DNA of 64,000 nt from assembly GCA_045580835.1 (NCBI GenBank), contig JAZNOM010000048.1, positions 21,908-85,907 on the forward strand, read 5' to 3'. The notes below the pieces were generated by a model. The model was not told the origin of the DNA, did not search any database, and was given only the letters and a program-made list of their open reading frames with translations. The DNA comes from Eubacteriales bacterium. Lineage in GTDB: Bacteria > Bacillota > Clostridia > Oscillospirales > CAG-272. The translations under genes were made by a program, and so were the position numbers. Below are positions 1-10,850 of the stretch, one piece after another (positions within the stretch are counted from its first letter, which is position 1; each line of letters starts with the position of its first letter).

Positions 1-106
1 ACATCAAAAAATACAATAATATAATTTAAAAATTACATTGTTGAAAAAAAACACAGATGATACTATTAATGTAGCTAACTATAAATTTTCACGGAGATGC
101 ATCAAT

Positions 107-1837
107 ATGAGTTTCAAATTCAAGGTATCCGGCATAACAGTCGGTGGATTTACAAAGGAAGTAAAATACGGTGTAGAAGAAAACGGTGATACGATTAAGC
201 TTGTCGTACGTAAGGAAGAGCTTATTTCTCCCCGATTTGAGAATTTAAAAATCGAATCAAGCCTTACTGTGGCTCATGCCGGCGACAAAGGATACATGTT
301 TTATCCTACTGATTTTCGCAATGGATTTGTAATGACTCGCTTTGATGTCGAGCGCCCCAACACACTTTTTCGTACCTGGCCAACGGCTATGCTAACTGCA
401 GGTATGTGCGGCAATGAAAATGCTGTTTTTGTACGTATTGACGGTGAAGCGTTTGACGGACGTTTTGAAATTCAATACAAGGATGGCGTTTATACAATTT
501 GTCCTGAATTTCGTTTTGATGGCGATGAACCGGACGAGGATGTTATTGTTACATATAAGCGCATGCCTAACGCAACATACGCCGACATGGCAAAGGTACA
601 CCGTAAGTATCAGATGGATTTTTGCGGATGCCGTCCGCTTCGCGAAAGAGTAGAGGAACGTGAGCATCTCCGCCGCGCGGTTGATATGGTTGAAATTCGA
701 GTGCGTATGGGATGGAAGCCGATTCCTACTCCGGTGCGTCATCAAAATCTTGAAAATGAGCCTGAAATGTATGTTGCTTGCACTGTAGACGCACTCAATA
801 AGATAGTTGACAGTTTGCAGGCAAAGGGCGTAAAGGATGCAGAACTTTGTCTTGTAGGTTGGGGCGAGGGCGGTCATGACGGACGTTTTCCCCAGCAGTA
901 TCCCTGCGATGAGCGATTTGGCGGAGATGTAGAACTTCGCAAGTTTATTGCAAAGGCGCAACGCATGGGTTACCATGTGGTTTGTCATACAGTAACGTGC
1001 GGTGCATATGAGATTGCAAACAATTTTGACCGTAATCTGTTAACCAAAAAAAAGGGTCCTAATGGTGACCTTGTACCCTATGTGCGTGAGCATTACATTG
1101 AAAAAGGTCTTAATGGTGGCGAGCCCTATCATCTTTGTGCAAAAACTGCATATGAAAACTATGCAGTACATACTTTCCCAAAAGTGCGCGGATACGGTTT
1201 TGCCGGCATTCACTACAATGACGAGCTTACTGCGTACATTCCCGAAAAGTGCTATGACCCCAATCACCCCTGTACGCGTAAGGAGGCGTGGGAATATCAC
1301 CGCAAGGTAGCAAGACTCTGCCGTGACCTCTTCGGAGGCTTCCAGTCCGAGGGTTGGATGGACTACATGGCGGATGAAATGGATGCTATACTTTATATAG
1401 GTTGTAATTCCAAGGTATCGCATGATATTAACCCTCTTTACGATGAGGTAATTCCTTTCTGGCAACTTGTATACCATGGAATTATTCTCTCCAATCCCAC
1501 TGCACAGACTATTAACTACCCCGTAAAGGAAAGATATCAGAATCTCAAATTCATTGAGTATGGCGGCAGACCGCTTATGTACTTCAACTCCAAGTTTGGT
1601 GCCGACCGCAACTGGATGGGCGACCTCGATTTGCATAGTCAAACAGAAGAACAAATTGAAATCGGAACTGATGCAGTTAAGACTGCTTACGATGAATACC
1701 AGCCTCTTAAACATCTTCAGTATGAGTTTATGGAAAATCACGAAAAACTTTCAGAAGGTGTGTACAGAACCACTTATTCTGACGGTACAATGGTAACCGT
1801 TGACTATAATAGCGAAACATATACGGTAGAAAAATAG
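107..1837 (+). CDS. hypothetical protein, possibly glycoside-hydrolase-like; function not recognised
   Basis: Long ORF (track 38..1837). I prefer the ATG at 107 (MSFKF...) with GGAG at 93-96. No motif I can name with certainty. Confidence 0.6.
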   Translation: MSFKFKVSGITVGGFTKEVKYGVEENGDTIKLVVRKEELISPRFENLKIESSLTVAHAGDKGYMFYPTDFRNGFVMTRFDVERPNTLFRTWPTAMLTAGMCGNENAVFVRIDGEAFDGRFEIQYKDGVYTICPEFRFDGDEPDEDVIVTYKRMPNATYADMAKVHRKYQMDFCGCRPLRERVEEREHLRRAVDMVEIRVRMGWKPIPTPVRHQNLENEPEMYVACTVDALNKIVDSLQAKGVKDAELCLVGWGEGGHDGRFPQQYPCDERFGGDVELRKFIAKAQRMGYHVVCHTVTCGAYEIANNFDRNLLTKKKGPNGDLVPYVREHYIEKGLNGGEPYHLCAKTAYENYAVHTFPKVRGYGFAGIHYNDELTAYIPEKCYDPNHPCTRKEAWEYHRKVARLCRDLFGGFQSEGWMDYMADEMDAILYIGCNSKVSHDINPLYDEVIPFWQLVYHGIILSNPTAQTINYPVKERYQNLKFIEYGGRPLMYFNSKFGADRNWMGDLDLHSQTEEQIEIGTDAVKTAYDEYQPLKHLQYEFMENHEKLSEGVYRTTYSDGTMVTVDYNSETYTVEK

Positions 1838-1848
1838 GAAGGTTTTTT

Positions 1849-4800
1849 ATGAAAAAGTATTTCAAACTGCTTGTTACCCTATGTGTAATTGCGTTTATGC
1901 TTGCGTTCACCGTAGCAGCGGCAACTGATTTTACCGGATATACTAAAATTTCAACCGCTGACGAATTGCTTGCGCTTATGAATTCAAAAAACGCAGTAAC
2001 AGGTAAGTACTATCTTGCCAATGATATTGACCTTACCGGCAAAACGCAGTCGCCAATCGGCGAACCGGACGGCAAATCGTTCGGTACTACGGCATCTCCT
2101 GCTATTTTTGACGGTAACGGACATACTGTAAAGGGTGTCAATATCAGCGGCAGTGCACATATCGGATTTTTCGGTGTAATTGATAATGCCGAGATTCGCA
2201 ACCTTACGATTGAGGGTACGATAAAAGCAAGTGGCTCAAATGTCGGCGGTCTTGTTGCGTATGCCAAGACAAAAGCCGTGATTGAAAATTGCACAAATAA
2301 CTGTAGCGTTACCGCTTCGGGTACCGGTGCAAATGTCGGAGGTATTCTTGGCAATACCGAGGGTTCTTCCATGGTAAACCTCAAACTGTCAAACTGTATA
2401 AACGACGGCGACATTGTGGCATACCGAGTTGTCGGCGGCATTGTCGGACATGTTCAGCGTGCTAAAAATAGTACGGTGCTTATTGAAAAATGCACAAACA
2501 ACGGCAGTGTTTCTGCAACCTGCACCGGCACATCCTCATCTGAATATACCAAGGTTGGCGGCATTTTGGGTGCATCTAATCTTGGATCTACAAGCGCAAC
2601 TGTAACAAGCTTTAAAATTACAAAGTGTATTAATGGCGGTGAGGTAAAGGGGTATTTCTTTATAGGCGGTATTTTGGGCGAACTTGTAGGAACTGATAAA
2701 ACTAATGCAAATGTTTATGATAAAGCGAAGTTCCACATTACCGAATGCCTAAACTCCGGGAATGTTATTTCAACCAGAAGCGGCTCCAGCGGTGGTGCAC
2801 GTTGTGGCGGTATTATCGGTTACGGTGTCGACATCGGTAACATAACCGACTGCCTCAATATAGGTACTGTTTCTGCAAAACGCGTGCAGGTAGGCGGCCT
2901 TTTTGGGTATGCTGATTCCTTCTTTGGCGCAAAGAATAATTTAAACCGCGGTCAGGTTTTGTTAAACGGTGTTGCTGAAACGACTAGCGACTATGTAAAC
3001 TCAATCGGCGGATATATGCCCGGAAGACCCTATGGTGTCAATTACTATATGGGAACAAAGCAAGGTAAGGACTGGGAACACTCATCAACCAAAGCGAAAA
3101 CCACACAGTATAATGAATCGCTATTCGCAAATCTTAACGAAAGCGGCAACTGGACAAATGCAGAGCTGCCAATGCTCGTTGAATATGCGATACTTGCATG
3201 CGAACATGAAAATGTCAACTTTACAAAGAGCGGAAATAGCATCGTCTTTACATGTGCTTTATGTGACAAAGCGGTATACACCGACACTGCTGCTATAACA
3301 CGGGTTTACGTTGACTATGAAAACGGTGTTCCGGCAGCTGTCGGTAAGGATGTCGGCACCGCTTCGGCTCCTTTTAAGTCTATTGAAGAAGCCTTTAAAT
3401 ATGTTGCAATTGCCGCAGAAATTAAGAATACCGATGCAAAGATTACCATAAGCGGCAAGGCGGTGCTCAAAGATACATTTGAAACTCCTAAAACTGACCG
3501 AACTATCATCGTAACAGGCGGCAACTTCCACTACGGCGGCGAACTAATTGCAAATCGTCATTTAAACCTCGGTGGTCCTATAGTGTTTGAAAACCTTACA
3601 TTTACCTCTGCAGCTACAGAAGCGCGTATCAATGCGCAGAATAACAAACTCGTAATGGGCGAGGGAATTGTAATGGCAAACGCATCCGCTAGCGCAAAAA
3701 CAAATTCTGAGCTGCCATTTGCGGTAAACAATGTAAAGATGTTTGTTTCGGGTGGCTTTTATCATAGTATCCCTGATACTATGAACACGGATATCTCTAT
3801 TCGCTCAGGCGAATACTATGTTGTTAGTGGTTGGAACGCAACTAATTCCAAAGATGCTACACAGGGTACTGCAAAGATTACTGTTGGTAAAACAAATGCA
3901 AATGACACTCTTAAAATCTGTGACCTCGTTGCATTTTCAACCGTTGCACAGACACGTCTTACAGCGGATTCTACTGTAACTGTTATAATTGACGGCGATG
4001 TTGATATCGGACGTCTTATGATGAGTGAGCGCGAGAAGACAACAAATACAGTTGCTGCAAATTATATTACACATCTTGTTATACGTGGCAATATCAGCGC
4101 AAGTTATCGCAATGCCTACAAAGCACCTTACGGCTTTGATGTAACAGGCGGTTCGCACACCGATGATTCTCTTGGTTACCACACATTCTTTATCTATACC
4201 GATGGGCGCGTAGACGGTGCGGTTCTTGCAGAGCACGCGTTTTTTGGCGGCAACGGATATATCGCCGATGATACGCTTACTACGGGTGGATACAAGCCCG
4301 TGAGCGACGGCGGCGATGTTACAATGACGCAGCATACATACATGGAATATTGTGCTACCTATATGGGCGGTCACGCAGACGGCAATGATGCCGATACACT
4401 TTGTGATGAGTGCGGGGCGGACACTGCGTGCGACCATGCAAACGCTGTTTTGGTTGTAGTAAGTGAGTCTACTTGTACAGTCAACGGCTACGAGTACACA
4501 TTCTGCCATGATTGCGGTTTGATTGTGAGTGAAAGAGAACTTCCGCTTGACTTTGCAAAGCACAATTACGCTTGGGAGGCAGTTGATGGGGGATATCGCT
4601 ATGTTTGTTTGTTGAATGAAGAGCATATACACTCTACTTATAACAAAAGAATAAATGAGTTTTATGTTTCCGGCAAAGGCAAAGCAGATGGTGGTTTCTC
4701 TGCTGACTATCCGTCAAATGATTTTGATACTGTAATGAAACTCGCAGCAGCAAGCAGCGAGCCGACTACGGTATACATCATCGGCAGCATCGCCTTGATT

Positions 4801-6633
4801 GATAATGACAGTACCGAACACGCTGTATATATTGAGCCTGAACACGCGAACACTATTACTATCCGTGGGTACAAAGATGCGTCCGGTATTTTAGAGATGA
4901 ATATGCACAGTGCAAGGCTTGAATATGTTCTCTCGGGCAACACCACATTCGAGCAGATAGAGTTCAATACCGGCATTTCTACAAATTCTTTCTATATTTC
5001 CGCTCGCCATAATCATCTTGTGATGGGGGACAGAATTACATCATCATTTGGACGTAACACCAGCACAACTTCAAATAGTGGTAAACTTATAGTTATTGGC
5101 GGATGTGATAATAGCATTGACAGTTCCAAATGTGACAAAACCGACACTCACATCACTATAGAGTCTGGTACATATTATATGGTAATCGGTGGTTCCAGCA
5201 TTAAGGGGTGTGGACTTATAAACGGTACTATCAATATTGATGTTCTTGGAGACATTGTAGTAGGTGGCGTAGTTACAAACCAAAACGGATTTGTAGACCG
5301 ACAGTTTATCCTCGGTTGCCACAGTGCGGATGCCGGTGATATATCTATGGTTATTGATGGCAACATTACTTGTACTAATGCCTTTTGTATTGGCTCTTAC
5401 GGTATAAAAACAGAAAACGAGCAAAGTTCATGTCGAACGGTAGGTGATATTTCTATCGTTATTAAGAGCGGCTATATTCTTGACTATTCATTCAGCGGAC
5501 GTTCGGATAGAACTTACATTTATGATGACGAATTCGCAAAAGTGTATGACCCCACTGCAGGCGCACTCGAAACTGCCGATTTGGTTGTTTTTCCGCTTGG
5601 AAATTCACATTCCCATGCAATTCGCGGCGGTGTGATGAAAACAGTTGATAGTTTGAATATTTACTACAATACTAGTAATGATTCAGCAGTTCAACTCGCC
5701 AATAGATTCCGTTTCACTCTTGGCGGTAGCGATAACTTTTATATGAATGTTCTTCCTGAAAAAACCTGCACAAGCGCATCCGGTAGGCACACTCCCTCAA
5801 ATGATGGCGAAATAGTGCTTGAATCAACATGCCGTGGTGAGGGAAGTATAAAACATATTTGTGCAGTCTGCGGTTTGAATTACACAGAAAGCATCGCTCG
5901 TATGGCTCACATTTACGGAAGCGAGACACAAGTGAGCGAGGCTAACTGTATTTCTCCTGCAATCTATACAAAGATTTGCACAAATGAAGGATGCGGATTT
6001 AGGAGCTATTCTTCAAGTGGCGAAGCGACAAATATTCATTCGTTTGAAAATGGTATCTGTAAGTTCTGTAACTTCAACAAGCAGACTATTTGTGCACATG
6101 AGAATCTTGGCGATATTGAAGAATACGTCAGCGGATGCGGTGTCGGAACAAAACAGATATGTCTTGATTGCGAAAAAGAGTTTATATCTGTCGAGAGTGC
6201 GGACCACAATTATGGAAAGTTTACTGTTACTGTAGAGCCTACCGAAAGCACTCCCGGTGTAAAGAGCCGTATCTGCCGTCGTTGCGGCAAGGTCGATACC
6301 GCGCTTTTGTACGCAGAGGGAAGCGTTTCTGCAAGTGAAGCGGTTGCTACCAATGCAGATGGCTCGCTATCTGATGTAGATGTGAATTTGCTGAAGCTTT
6401 CAAGTGTTGAAAAAGTTGCACTTAACGCCTTGCTTCAGGCAACTTCTTATGGCTCTGAAGTCAAGGTATCCTATTCGGCAAGTGATGCAGGAACTGACAT
6501 TACTTATAGCATACCGCTTCCTGCAGAATATGCTGCAATGAGAAATCTTAAAGTAGTTGTTAAAGACGAGGATGGCAAACTTCACACAATTGACTTTAAG
6601 ATCGAAAAAGGTTATATTGTTTTCACCTTTTAA
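1849..6633 (+). CDS. very large secreted protein with GLUG-motif repeats and Cys-rich modules
   Basis: N-terminal signal peptide (MKKYFKLLVTLCVIAFMLAFTVAAA). Many GLUG-like repeats (VGGLVAY, VGGILG, GGIVGH, IGGILGE). Repeated CxxC pairs (CALCDK, CDECGADTACDH, CHDCG, CAVCG, CKFCN, CLDCEK, CRRCGK). RBS aggaagg upstream. Confidence 0.85.
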   Translation: MKKYFKLLVTLCVIAFMLAFTVAAATDFTGYTKISTADELLALMNSKNAVTGKYYLANDIDLTGKTQSPIGEPDGKSFGTTASPAIFDGNGHTVKGVNISGSAHIGFFGVIDNAEIRNLTIEGTIKASGSNVGGLVAYAKTKAVIENCTNNCSVTASGTGANVGGILGNTEGSSMVNLKLSNCINDGDIVAYRVVGGIVGHVQRAKNSTVLIEKCTNNGSVSATCTGTSSSEYTKVGGILGASNLGSTSATVTSFKITKCINGGEVKGYFFIGGILGELVGTDKTNANVYDKAKFHITECLNSGNVISTRSGSSGGARCGGIIGYGVDIGNITDCLNIGTVSAKRVQVGGLFGYADSFFGAKNNLNRGQVLLNGVAETTSDYVNSIGGYMPGRPYGVNYYMGTKQGKDWEHSSTKAKTTQYNESLFANLNESGNWTNAELPMLVEYAILACEHENVNFTKSGNSIVFTCALCDKAVYTDTAAITRVYVDYENGVPAAVGKDVGTASAPFKSIEEAFKYVAIAAEIKNTDAKITISGKAVLKDTFETPKTDRTIIVTGGNFHYGGELIANRHLNLGGPIVFENLTFTSAATEARINAQNNKLVMGEGIVMANASASAKTNSELPFAVNNVKMFVSGGFYHSIPDTMNTDISIRSGEYYVVSGWNATNSKDATQGTAKITVGKTNANDTLKICDLVAFSTVAQTRLTADSTVTVIIDGDVDIGRLMMSEREKTTNTVAANYITHLVIRGNISASYRNAYKAPYGFDVTGGSHTDDSLGYHTFFIYTDGRVDGAVLAEHAFFGGNGYIADDTLTTGGYKPVSDGGDVTMTQHTYMEYCATYMGGHADGNDADTLCDECGADTACDHANAVLVVVSESTCTVNGYEYTFCHDCGLIVSERELPLDFAKHNYAWEAVDGGYRYVCLLNEEHIHSTYNKRINEFYVSGKGKADGGFSADYPSNDFDTVMKLAAASSEPTTVYIIGSIALIDNDSTEHAVYIEPEHANTITIRGYKDASGILEMNMHSARLEYVLSGNTTFEQIEFNTGISTNSFYISARHNHLVMGDRITSSFGRNTSTTSNSGKLIVIGGCDNSIDSSKCDKTDTHITIESGTYYMVIGGSSIKGCGLINGTINIDVLGDIVVGGVVTNQNGFVDRQFILGCHSADAGDISMVIDGNITCTNAFCIGSYGIKTENEQSSCRTVGDISIVIKSGYILDYSFSGRSDRTYIYDDEFAKVYDPTAGALETADLVVFPLGNSHSHAIRGGVMKTVDSLNIYYNTSNDSAVQLANRFRFTLGGSDNFYMNVLPEKTCTSASGRHTPSNDGEIVLESTCRGEGSIKHICAVCGLNYTESIARMAHIYGSETQVSEANCISPAIYTKICTNEGCGFRSYSSSGEATNIHSFENGICKFCNFNKQTICAHENLGDIEEYVSGCGVGTKQICLDCEKEFISVESADHNYGKFTVTVEPTESTPGVKSRICRRCGKVDTALLYAEGSVSASEAVATNADGSLSDVDVNLLKLSSVEKVALNALLQATSYGSEVKVSYSASDAGTDITYSIPLPAEYAAMRNLKVVVKDEDGKLHTIDFKIEKGYIVFTF

Positions 6634-6643
6634 AAAATATAAA

Positions 6644-6684
6644 AAACAAAGGGCTATGTTTTTCATAGTCCTTTGTTTTTATTT
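6644..6684 (+). terminator. intrinsic terminator after the GLUG protein gene
   Basis: Stem acaaagggctat / atagtcctttgt (one G-T) followed by a T-run. Confidence 0.7.
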
Positions 6685-6693
6685 AAAAACATA

Positions 6694-6891
6694 TTAGTTT
6701 TTCGGAAAAGACGGTAGCCTTTTGGGTACGCGTTTCATAAGATCATATCTGAATGCACGGCAAGAATAATCTGCATGTACAACACCTTTTTTCTTGCAAA
6801 GCATTTTTTCCTCATCAAGAGTTTTAGATGCGTATTCACAAAAAGCGCACTTTTTTGATATGTCATACTGCTCGCACAGTTTATTCTTCAT
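6694..6891 (-). CDS. small cysteine-rich hypothetical protein
   Basis: 65-aa ORF with 6 Cys and GGAGGA-type RBS (ggaggattcagc before the ATG on the minus strand). Function unknown. Confidence 0.55.
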   Translation of the reverse strand: MKNKLCEQYDISKKCAFCEYASKTLDEEKMLCKKKGVVHADYSCRAFRYDLMKRVPKRLPSFPKN

Positions 6892-6945
6892 GCTGAATCC
6901 TCCGTTTTCGATATAGATTTATATTAGCACAAATATTTCGATAAT

Positions 6946-7830
6946 TCAAGACAAAAAGAATAATTCATATCCAAGTAGCGATATTAAAGCGCAGACTATC
7001 CCCTGTAGAGTTTTTACAATTAAAAAGTGTACATAGTTGATTTTTATTGATTTTACTGCCGAAAGCATCTGCAAGTGGACACATATGCCTGAAAAGCCAA
7101 CGCAAAAGCCGCATACCAATACAGACAACACCGGATTAGTACCGTATAACGAAGCTGCAAAAGAACTGCCGCAGCTTATTTCTAAAATTGGCGCTAAAAG
7201 TGAAAGTTTAGAGTGTTCAATTATCGAAAGCAAGGCTGTAAAAAAGCAAATTATTGCGCAAACCTTAAAAATGCCGTAAACCGATTTTTCGATTGCCGAA
7301 AAAAACAGTTCTTTGACACTGCTTTTGCTGTTATCAATTAAGTTTTTTTGATCAGTACACTTTATAAAACAAATAGGAATAAATGAAATTATTAATTGCG
7401 AGAAATACAGTAAAATTCCAAGTTTTTTGTCGCCGAGCATCGAGACTCCAATTGCTCCAATAACAAAAGCAGGACTTGCGTTGTTGCAATACGGTAAAAG
7501 TTTTTTCACATCGCTTTCGCTTATAGCACCGCTCTTATGTAATCTTTCACAAACTATTGCGCCTATCGGAAAGCCGCAAAGCGCGCCGAGAATAAAAGCT
7601 ATCATTTTCGGCGTAAGCGATAACGAATTATCATTTAACATAAGAGATAATGTTAAATCGGAAAGAACCATAAAAATAAATAGTGAAGGTACAATTGAAA
7701 ATGCACAAATTGAAAGCGCCTTTTGCATACCCGAAATCACGGTTTCAATATTAAAAATACAGAAAACCATAAAAGAAGCAGGAATAACAAATGGCTTAAT
7801 TTTAATCTTCAAACCGTTCACCTCGCTCAT
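6946..7830 (-). CDS. ylbJ: sporulation integral membrane protein YlbJ-like (nucleoside-recognition/Gate-domain membrane protein)
   Basis: Polytopic membrane ORF. The track ORF extends to 8220, but that part overlaps yqfC/yqfD on the other strand, so I start at the ATG at 7830 (MSEVNGLKIK...). It lies divergent to yqfC, as in spore-formers. Confidence 0.6.
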   Translation of the reverse strand: MSEVNGLKIKIKPFVIPASFMVFCIFNIETVISGMQKALSICAFSIVPSLFIFMVLSDLTLSLMLNDNSLSLTPKMIAFILGALCGFPIGAIVCERLHKSGAISESDVKKLLPYCNNASPAFVIGAIGVSMLGDKKLGILLYFSQLIISFIPICFIKCTDQKNLIDNSKSSVKELFFSAIEKSVYGIFKVCAIICFFTALLSIIEHSKLSLLAPILEISCGSSFAASLYGTNPVLSVLVCGFCVGFSGICVHLQMLSAVKSIKINYVHFLIVKTLQGIVCALISLLGYELFFLS

Positions 7831-7888
7831 ACATTTGCCTCTTTGAGAGTATATTTTAAAGTAAAAGCATTTATGAACGGAGGATAAA

Positions 7889-8164
7889 ATGCCCGACTTC
7901 AGAATTATAAGAAATAAGCTTTCAAAGTCATTAGAAATACCGGAAGATGCTCTTGGCTCTGCATATCGCTTACAAATAATCGGCAACTGTGCGATACTGT
8001 GCGGTTGTCTGAAACTTTTGAAATACAAAAGCGAAGAAATTTCTGCACTTACCAAGGACAAAACCGTATCCTTTTGCGGAGAACACCTCAAATGCGTATA
8101 TTTTTTTGAGGGAACGCTTGAAATCACCGGCGATATATGTGGCGTGAGGATTGAAAAAAGATGA
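7889..8164 (+). CDS. yqfC: YabP/YqfC family sporulation protein
   Basis: 91 aa of typical YqfC size and sequence style (LEIPEDALGS...LEITGDI), immediately upstream of and overlapping yqfD. Confidence 0.8.
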   Translation: MPDFRIIRNKLSKSLEIPEDALGSAYRLQIIGNCAILCGCLKLLKYKSEEISALTKDKTVSFCGEHLKCVYFFEGTLEITGDICGVRIEKR

Positions 8165-9339
8165 AAAGATTGATGTATTTTACGCTGGGTTATACTGTTT
8201 TTAAAATAAGTAACAACCATGCAAAAGAACTATTAAACTTTGCTAATATACATGGAATAAAACTGCTTTCATTTTGCGTAGACGAAAGTACGGCAAAAGC
8301 AAAAATCTATAGCCGTAACGAAAGAGAACTTTTTAATAAGCTTAAGAACTGCTGTATAGAATACGAGGTTATATGCCGCCGAGGAATTTTTCATACATTT
8401 AAAAAGTACCGTCATCGTGCAGGAATGATAATCGGTATTTTAGTTTTCTTTGCAGTAATGTATATCTCACCGATGTTTGTGTGGGAGATAAACGTAACAG
8501 GAATTGACAGATTAAACCGTTATTACATATGTGAATTGATTGAAAAAGAAGGAGTTTACATTGGTGCTTTTTCTCCTAATGTAGACCGAAAGGCACTATA
8601 CAGAAATATTCTGCGTACAAGTAAAGATATTTCGTGGATAAGCGTAAATTTTATTGGCAGTAGCGCGAATGTTGAGGTAGTCGAACGAGATTATAAAGAT
8701 ACCGCAAAAACGCTTGCAGACGGTGCCAATATTGTTGCAAGGAAAGACGGAAGAATCATTGAGTCGGATGTTATTTGCGGCAGACTTGTTACAAAGAGCG
8801 GCAGTGTTGTCAAAAAAGGCGATATTCTGGTAAGCGGTGTGTATGAAACTGCCAAAAGCGGGACACGGTATGTATATTCAAGCGCTAAAGTATACGCTAC
8901 AGTTTACGATGAATATATCACAGAAATACCGCTTAAAAGTAAAATGAAAGTATATGACGACGAAACGATTTCCGAGTGCTTTATAAGAATGTTTGGAAAA
9001 AGTGTAAATATTTTTAAAAACTATTCCATTTTAGATGGAAATTATGATACAATAAATAAAGATGTAACCTTGCCGTTGCCGGCGCTCAATAAACTTCCGC
9101 TTTCTTTTGAAATAGTTTCTGCACTTCCTTACTCATACGAAGATGTGCTGCTTACCGAAAACGAGGCTCTTGAGCACGCAAGACGCGAGTTTTATAAAAA
9201 ACTTGATACCGAGGCAGATTACATAGAAACGCTTTCCATTGAAGAAACCGTAACAGTAGAAAACTCTGTTTTGGTTTTACGGTGCAGCGTTGAAGCAGTT
9301 GAAAATATTGGCGCAACTGCCGAGTTTGAAATAAGGTAG
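8161..9339 (+). CDS. yqfD: sporulation protein YqfD
   Basis: 392 aa with a single central TM segment. Its position between yqfC and phoH matches the conserved Firmicutes cluster. Confidence 0.85.
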   Translation: MKRLMYFTLGYTVFKISNNHAKELLNFANIHGIKLLSFCVDESTAKAKIYSRNERELFNKLKNCCIEYEVICRRGIFHTFKKYRHRAGMIIGILVFFAVMYISPMFVWEINVTGIDRLNRYYICELIEKEGVYIGAFSPNVDRKALYRNILRTSKDISWISVNFIGSSANVEVVERDYKDTAKTLADGANIVARKDGRIIESDVICGRLVTKSGSVVKKGDILVSGVYETAKSGTRYVYSSAKVYATVYDEYITEIPLKSKMKVYDDETISECFIRMFGKSVNIFKNYSILDGNYDTINKDVTLPLPALNKLPLSFEIVSALPYSYEDVLLTENEALEHARREFYKKLDTEADYIETLSIEETVTVENSVLVLRCSVEAVENIGATAEFEIR

Positions 9340-9357
9340 TTGCTGAAAGGACAAAGG

Positions 9358-10359
9358 ATGCCGCGTAAAGTACTGTATACAGATTCCGCAGCGATGACTT
9401 CGACAATTTTTGGAACTTTTGATATTAACCTTCAAAAAATCGAGCAAAAGTTTGAGGTGAGAGTTTATAATAACGCGCTTGAACATGCGGATGGCGACGC
9501 CGTTATTATTGAAGGCGCTCACGATGACAATGTCGAAAAAGCATATAAAGCAATGGAGTTTTTAAAAAACATGTGTGCCGGCGGCGACCACTTGAGCGGT
9601 CAAACCGTTGACTATATCATCGGTATGGTGAGCGATGGCAGCGAAGATGAGCTTGCCGATTTTGATGACAGTTGCATCTGTATCACAAGCAGCGGCAAGC
9701 CTATAAAAGCAAAAACCGTTGGTCAGAAAAAGTATATAAATACTATAAAGAAAAACACCATAGTTTTGGGTGTCGGACCAGCAGGTACCGGTAAAACGTT
9801 TTTAGCGGTTGCAATGGCGGTAAAAGCACTCCGAGCGAAAGAAGTTAACCGTATCGTGCTGACTCGGCCTGCGGTTGAAGCAGGCGAAAGCCTTGGCTTT
9901 TTGCCCGGTGATTTGCAAAGCAAAATCGACCCCTATTTGCGGCCGCTTTACGATGCGCTTTTTGAAATGCTTGGAGCAGAAAACTACAACCGTCATCTTG
10001 AGAAGGGAACTATTGAAATCGCTCCACTTGCATATATGCGCGGCAGAACGCTTGACGATTCGTTTATTATTCTGGATGAAGCTCAAAACACCACTCCGGA
10101 GCAAATGAAGATGTTTTTAACCCGTCTCGGCTTCAATTCAAAGGCGATTGTTACGGGTGACCTTACACAAACCGACCTGCCCGGAGGAAAAAAGAGCGGT
10201 CTTGCAGCTGCAGTGAAAATTCTTGACGGCATAAACGGAATTGGCATACATCATTTTACCGAGCGCGATGTAGTGCGTCACCGTCTTGTACAGGAGATTA
10301 TCCTTGCATACGAAAAGTACGAAAAAGAAGCGCGCAAAGCGCCCGAGAGGAAGAAATGA
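9358..10359 (+). CDS. phoH: PhoH family ATPase (PhoH/YbeZ)
   Basis: Walker A GPAGTGKT, ILDEAQN, LTRLG..K..VTGD motifs. The ATG at 9358 follows the aaagga RBS (track ORF begins at a TTG at 9340). Confidence 0.95.
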   Translation: MPRKVLYTDSAAMTSTIFGTFDINLQKIEQKFEVRVYNNALEHADGDAVIIEGAHDDNVEKAYKAMEFLKNMCAGGDHLSGQTVDYIIGMVSDGSEDELADFDDSCICITSSGKPIKAKTVGQKKYINTIKKNTIVLGVGPAGTGKTFLAVAMAVKALRAKEVNRIVLTRPAVEAGESLGFLPGDLQSKIDPYLRPLYDALFEMLGAENYNRHLEKGTIEIAPLAYMRGRTLDDSFIILDEAQNTTPEQMKMFLTRLGFNSKAIVTGDLTQTDLPGGKKSGLAAAVKILDGINGIGIHHFTERDVVRHRLVQEIILAYEKYEKEARKAPERKK

Positions 10360-10835
10360 ATCTTAATATCATAACAGAAAACCATCAAGATAAATTTGAA
10401 ATAACCGAGGAACTCTCAAACCTTGTTTATAAAGCAGTATATGAAGCTATTCGTATGGAAGAAATTGATTTTGATTGTGCAGTTTCACTCACCTATACAG
10501 ATAATGCCGGTATAAGGGAACTGAATCGCGAGTATCGCGATAAAGACACTGCAACCGACGTGCTTTCATTTCCTATGTTTGACACTGAAAACGAGGAGAT
10601 TTACGCGCTTGACGGTACTGCGGCAGAGCTTGGCGATATTGTGATTTCACTGGAACGTGCCAAGGAGCAGTCCGAGCAGTTTGGCCATTCATTCGAAAGG
10701 GAAGTTGCCTTTCTTTGCGTACATTCTGTGCTTCATTTACTTGGATATGACCACGAGATTTCGGATGAAGAAGATAGAATTATGCGTGAAAAGCAACGCG
10801 CGGTTATGAGCGCACTCGGGCTTGAGATTAAATAA
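10356..10835 (+). CDS. ybeY: rRNA maturation RNase YbeY
   Basis: H-x-x-x-H-L-L-G-Y-D-H zinc motif (HSVLHLLGYDH). Overlaps the phoH stop. Confidence 0.95.
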   Translation: MNLNIITENHQDKFEITEELSNLVYKAVYEAIRMEEIDFDCAVSLTYTDNAGIRELNREYRDKDTATDVLSFPMFDTENEEIYALDGTAAELGDIVISLERAKEQSEQFGHSFEREVAFLCVHSVLHLLGYDHEISDEEDRIMREKQRAVMSALGLEIK

Positions 10836-10850
10836 AAAGGATATAGAGAA

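Noticed and set aside
6946-8220. Full 424-aa minus-strand ORF as the ylbJ-like gene
   Set aside because: The N-terminal 130 codons overlap yqfC and the yqfD start on the other strand and are not membrane-protein-like. The internal ATG at 7830 gives a sensible divergent arrangement.
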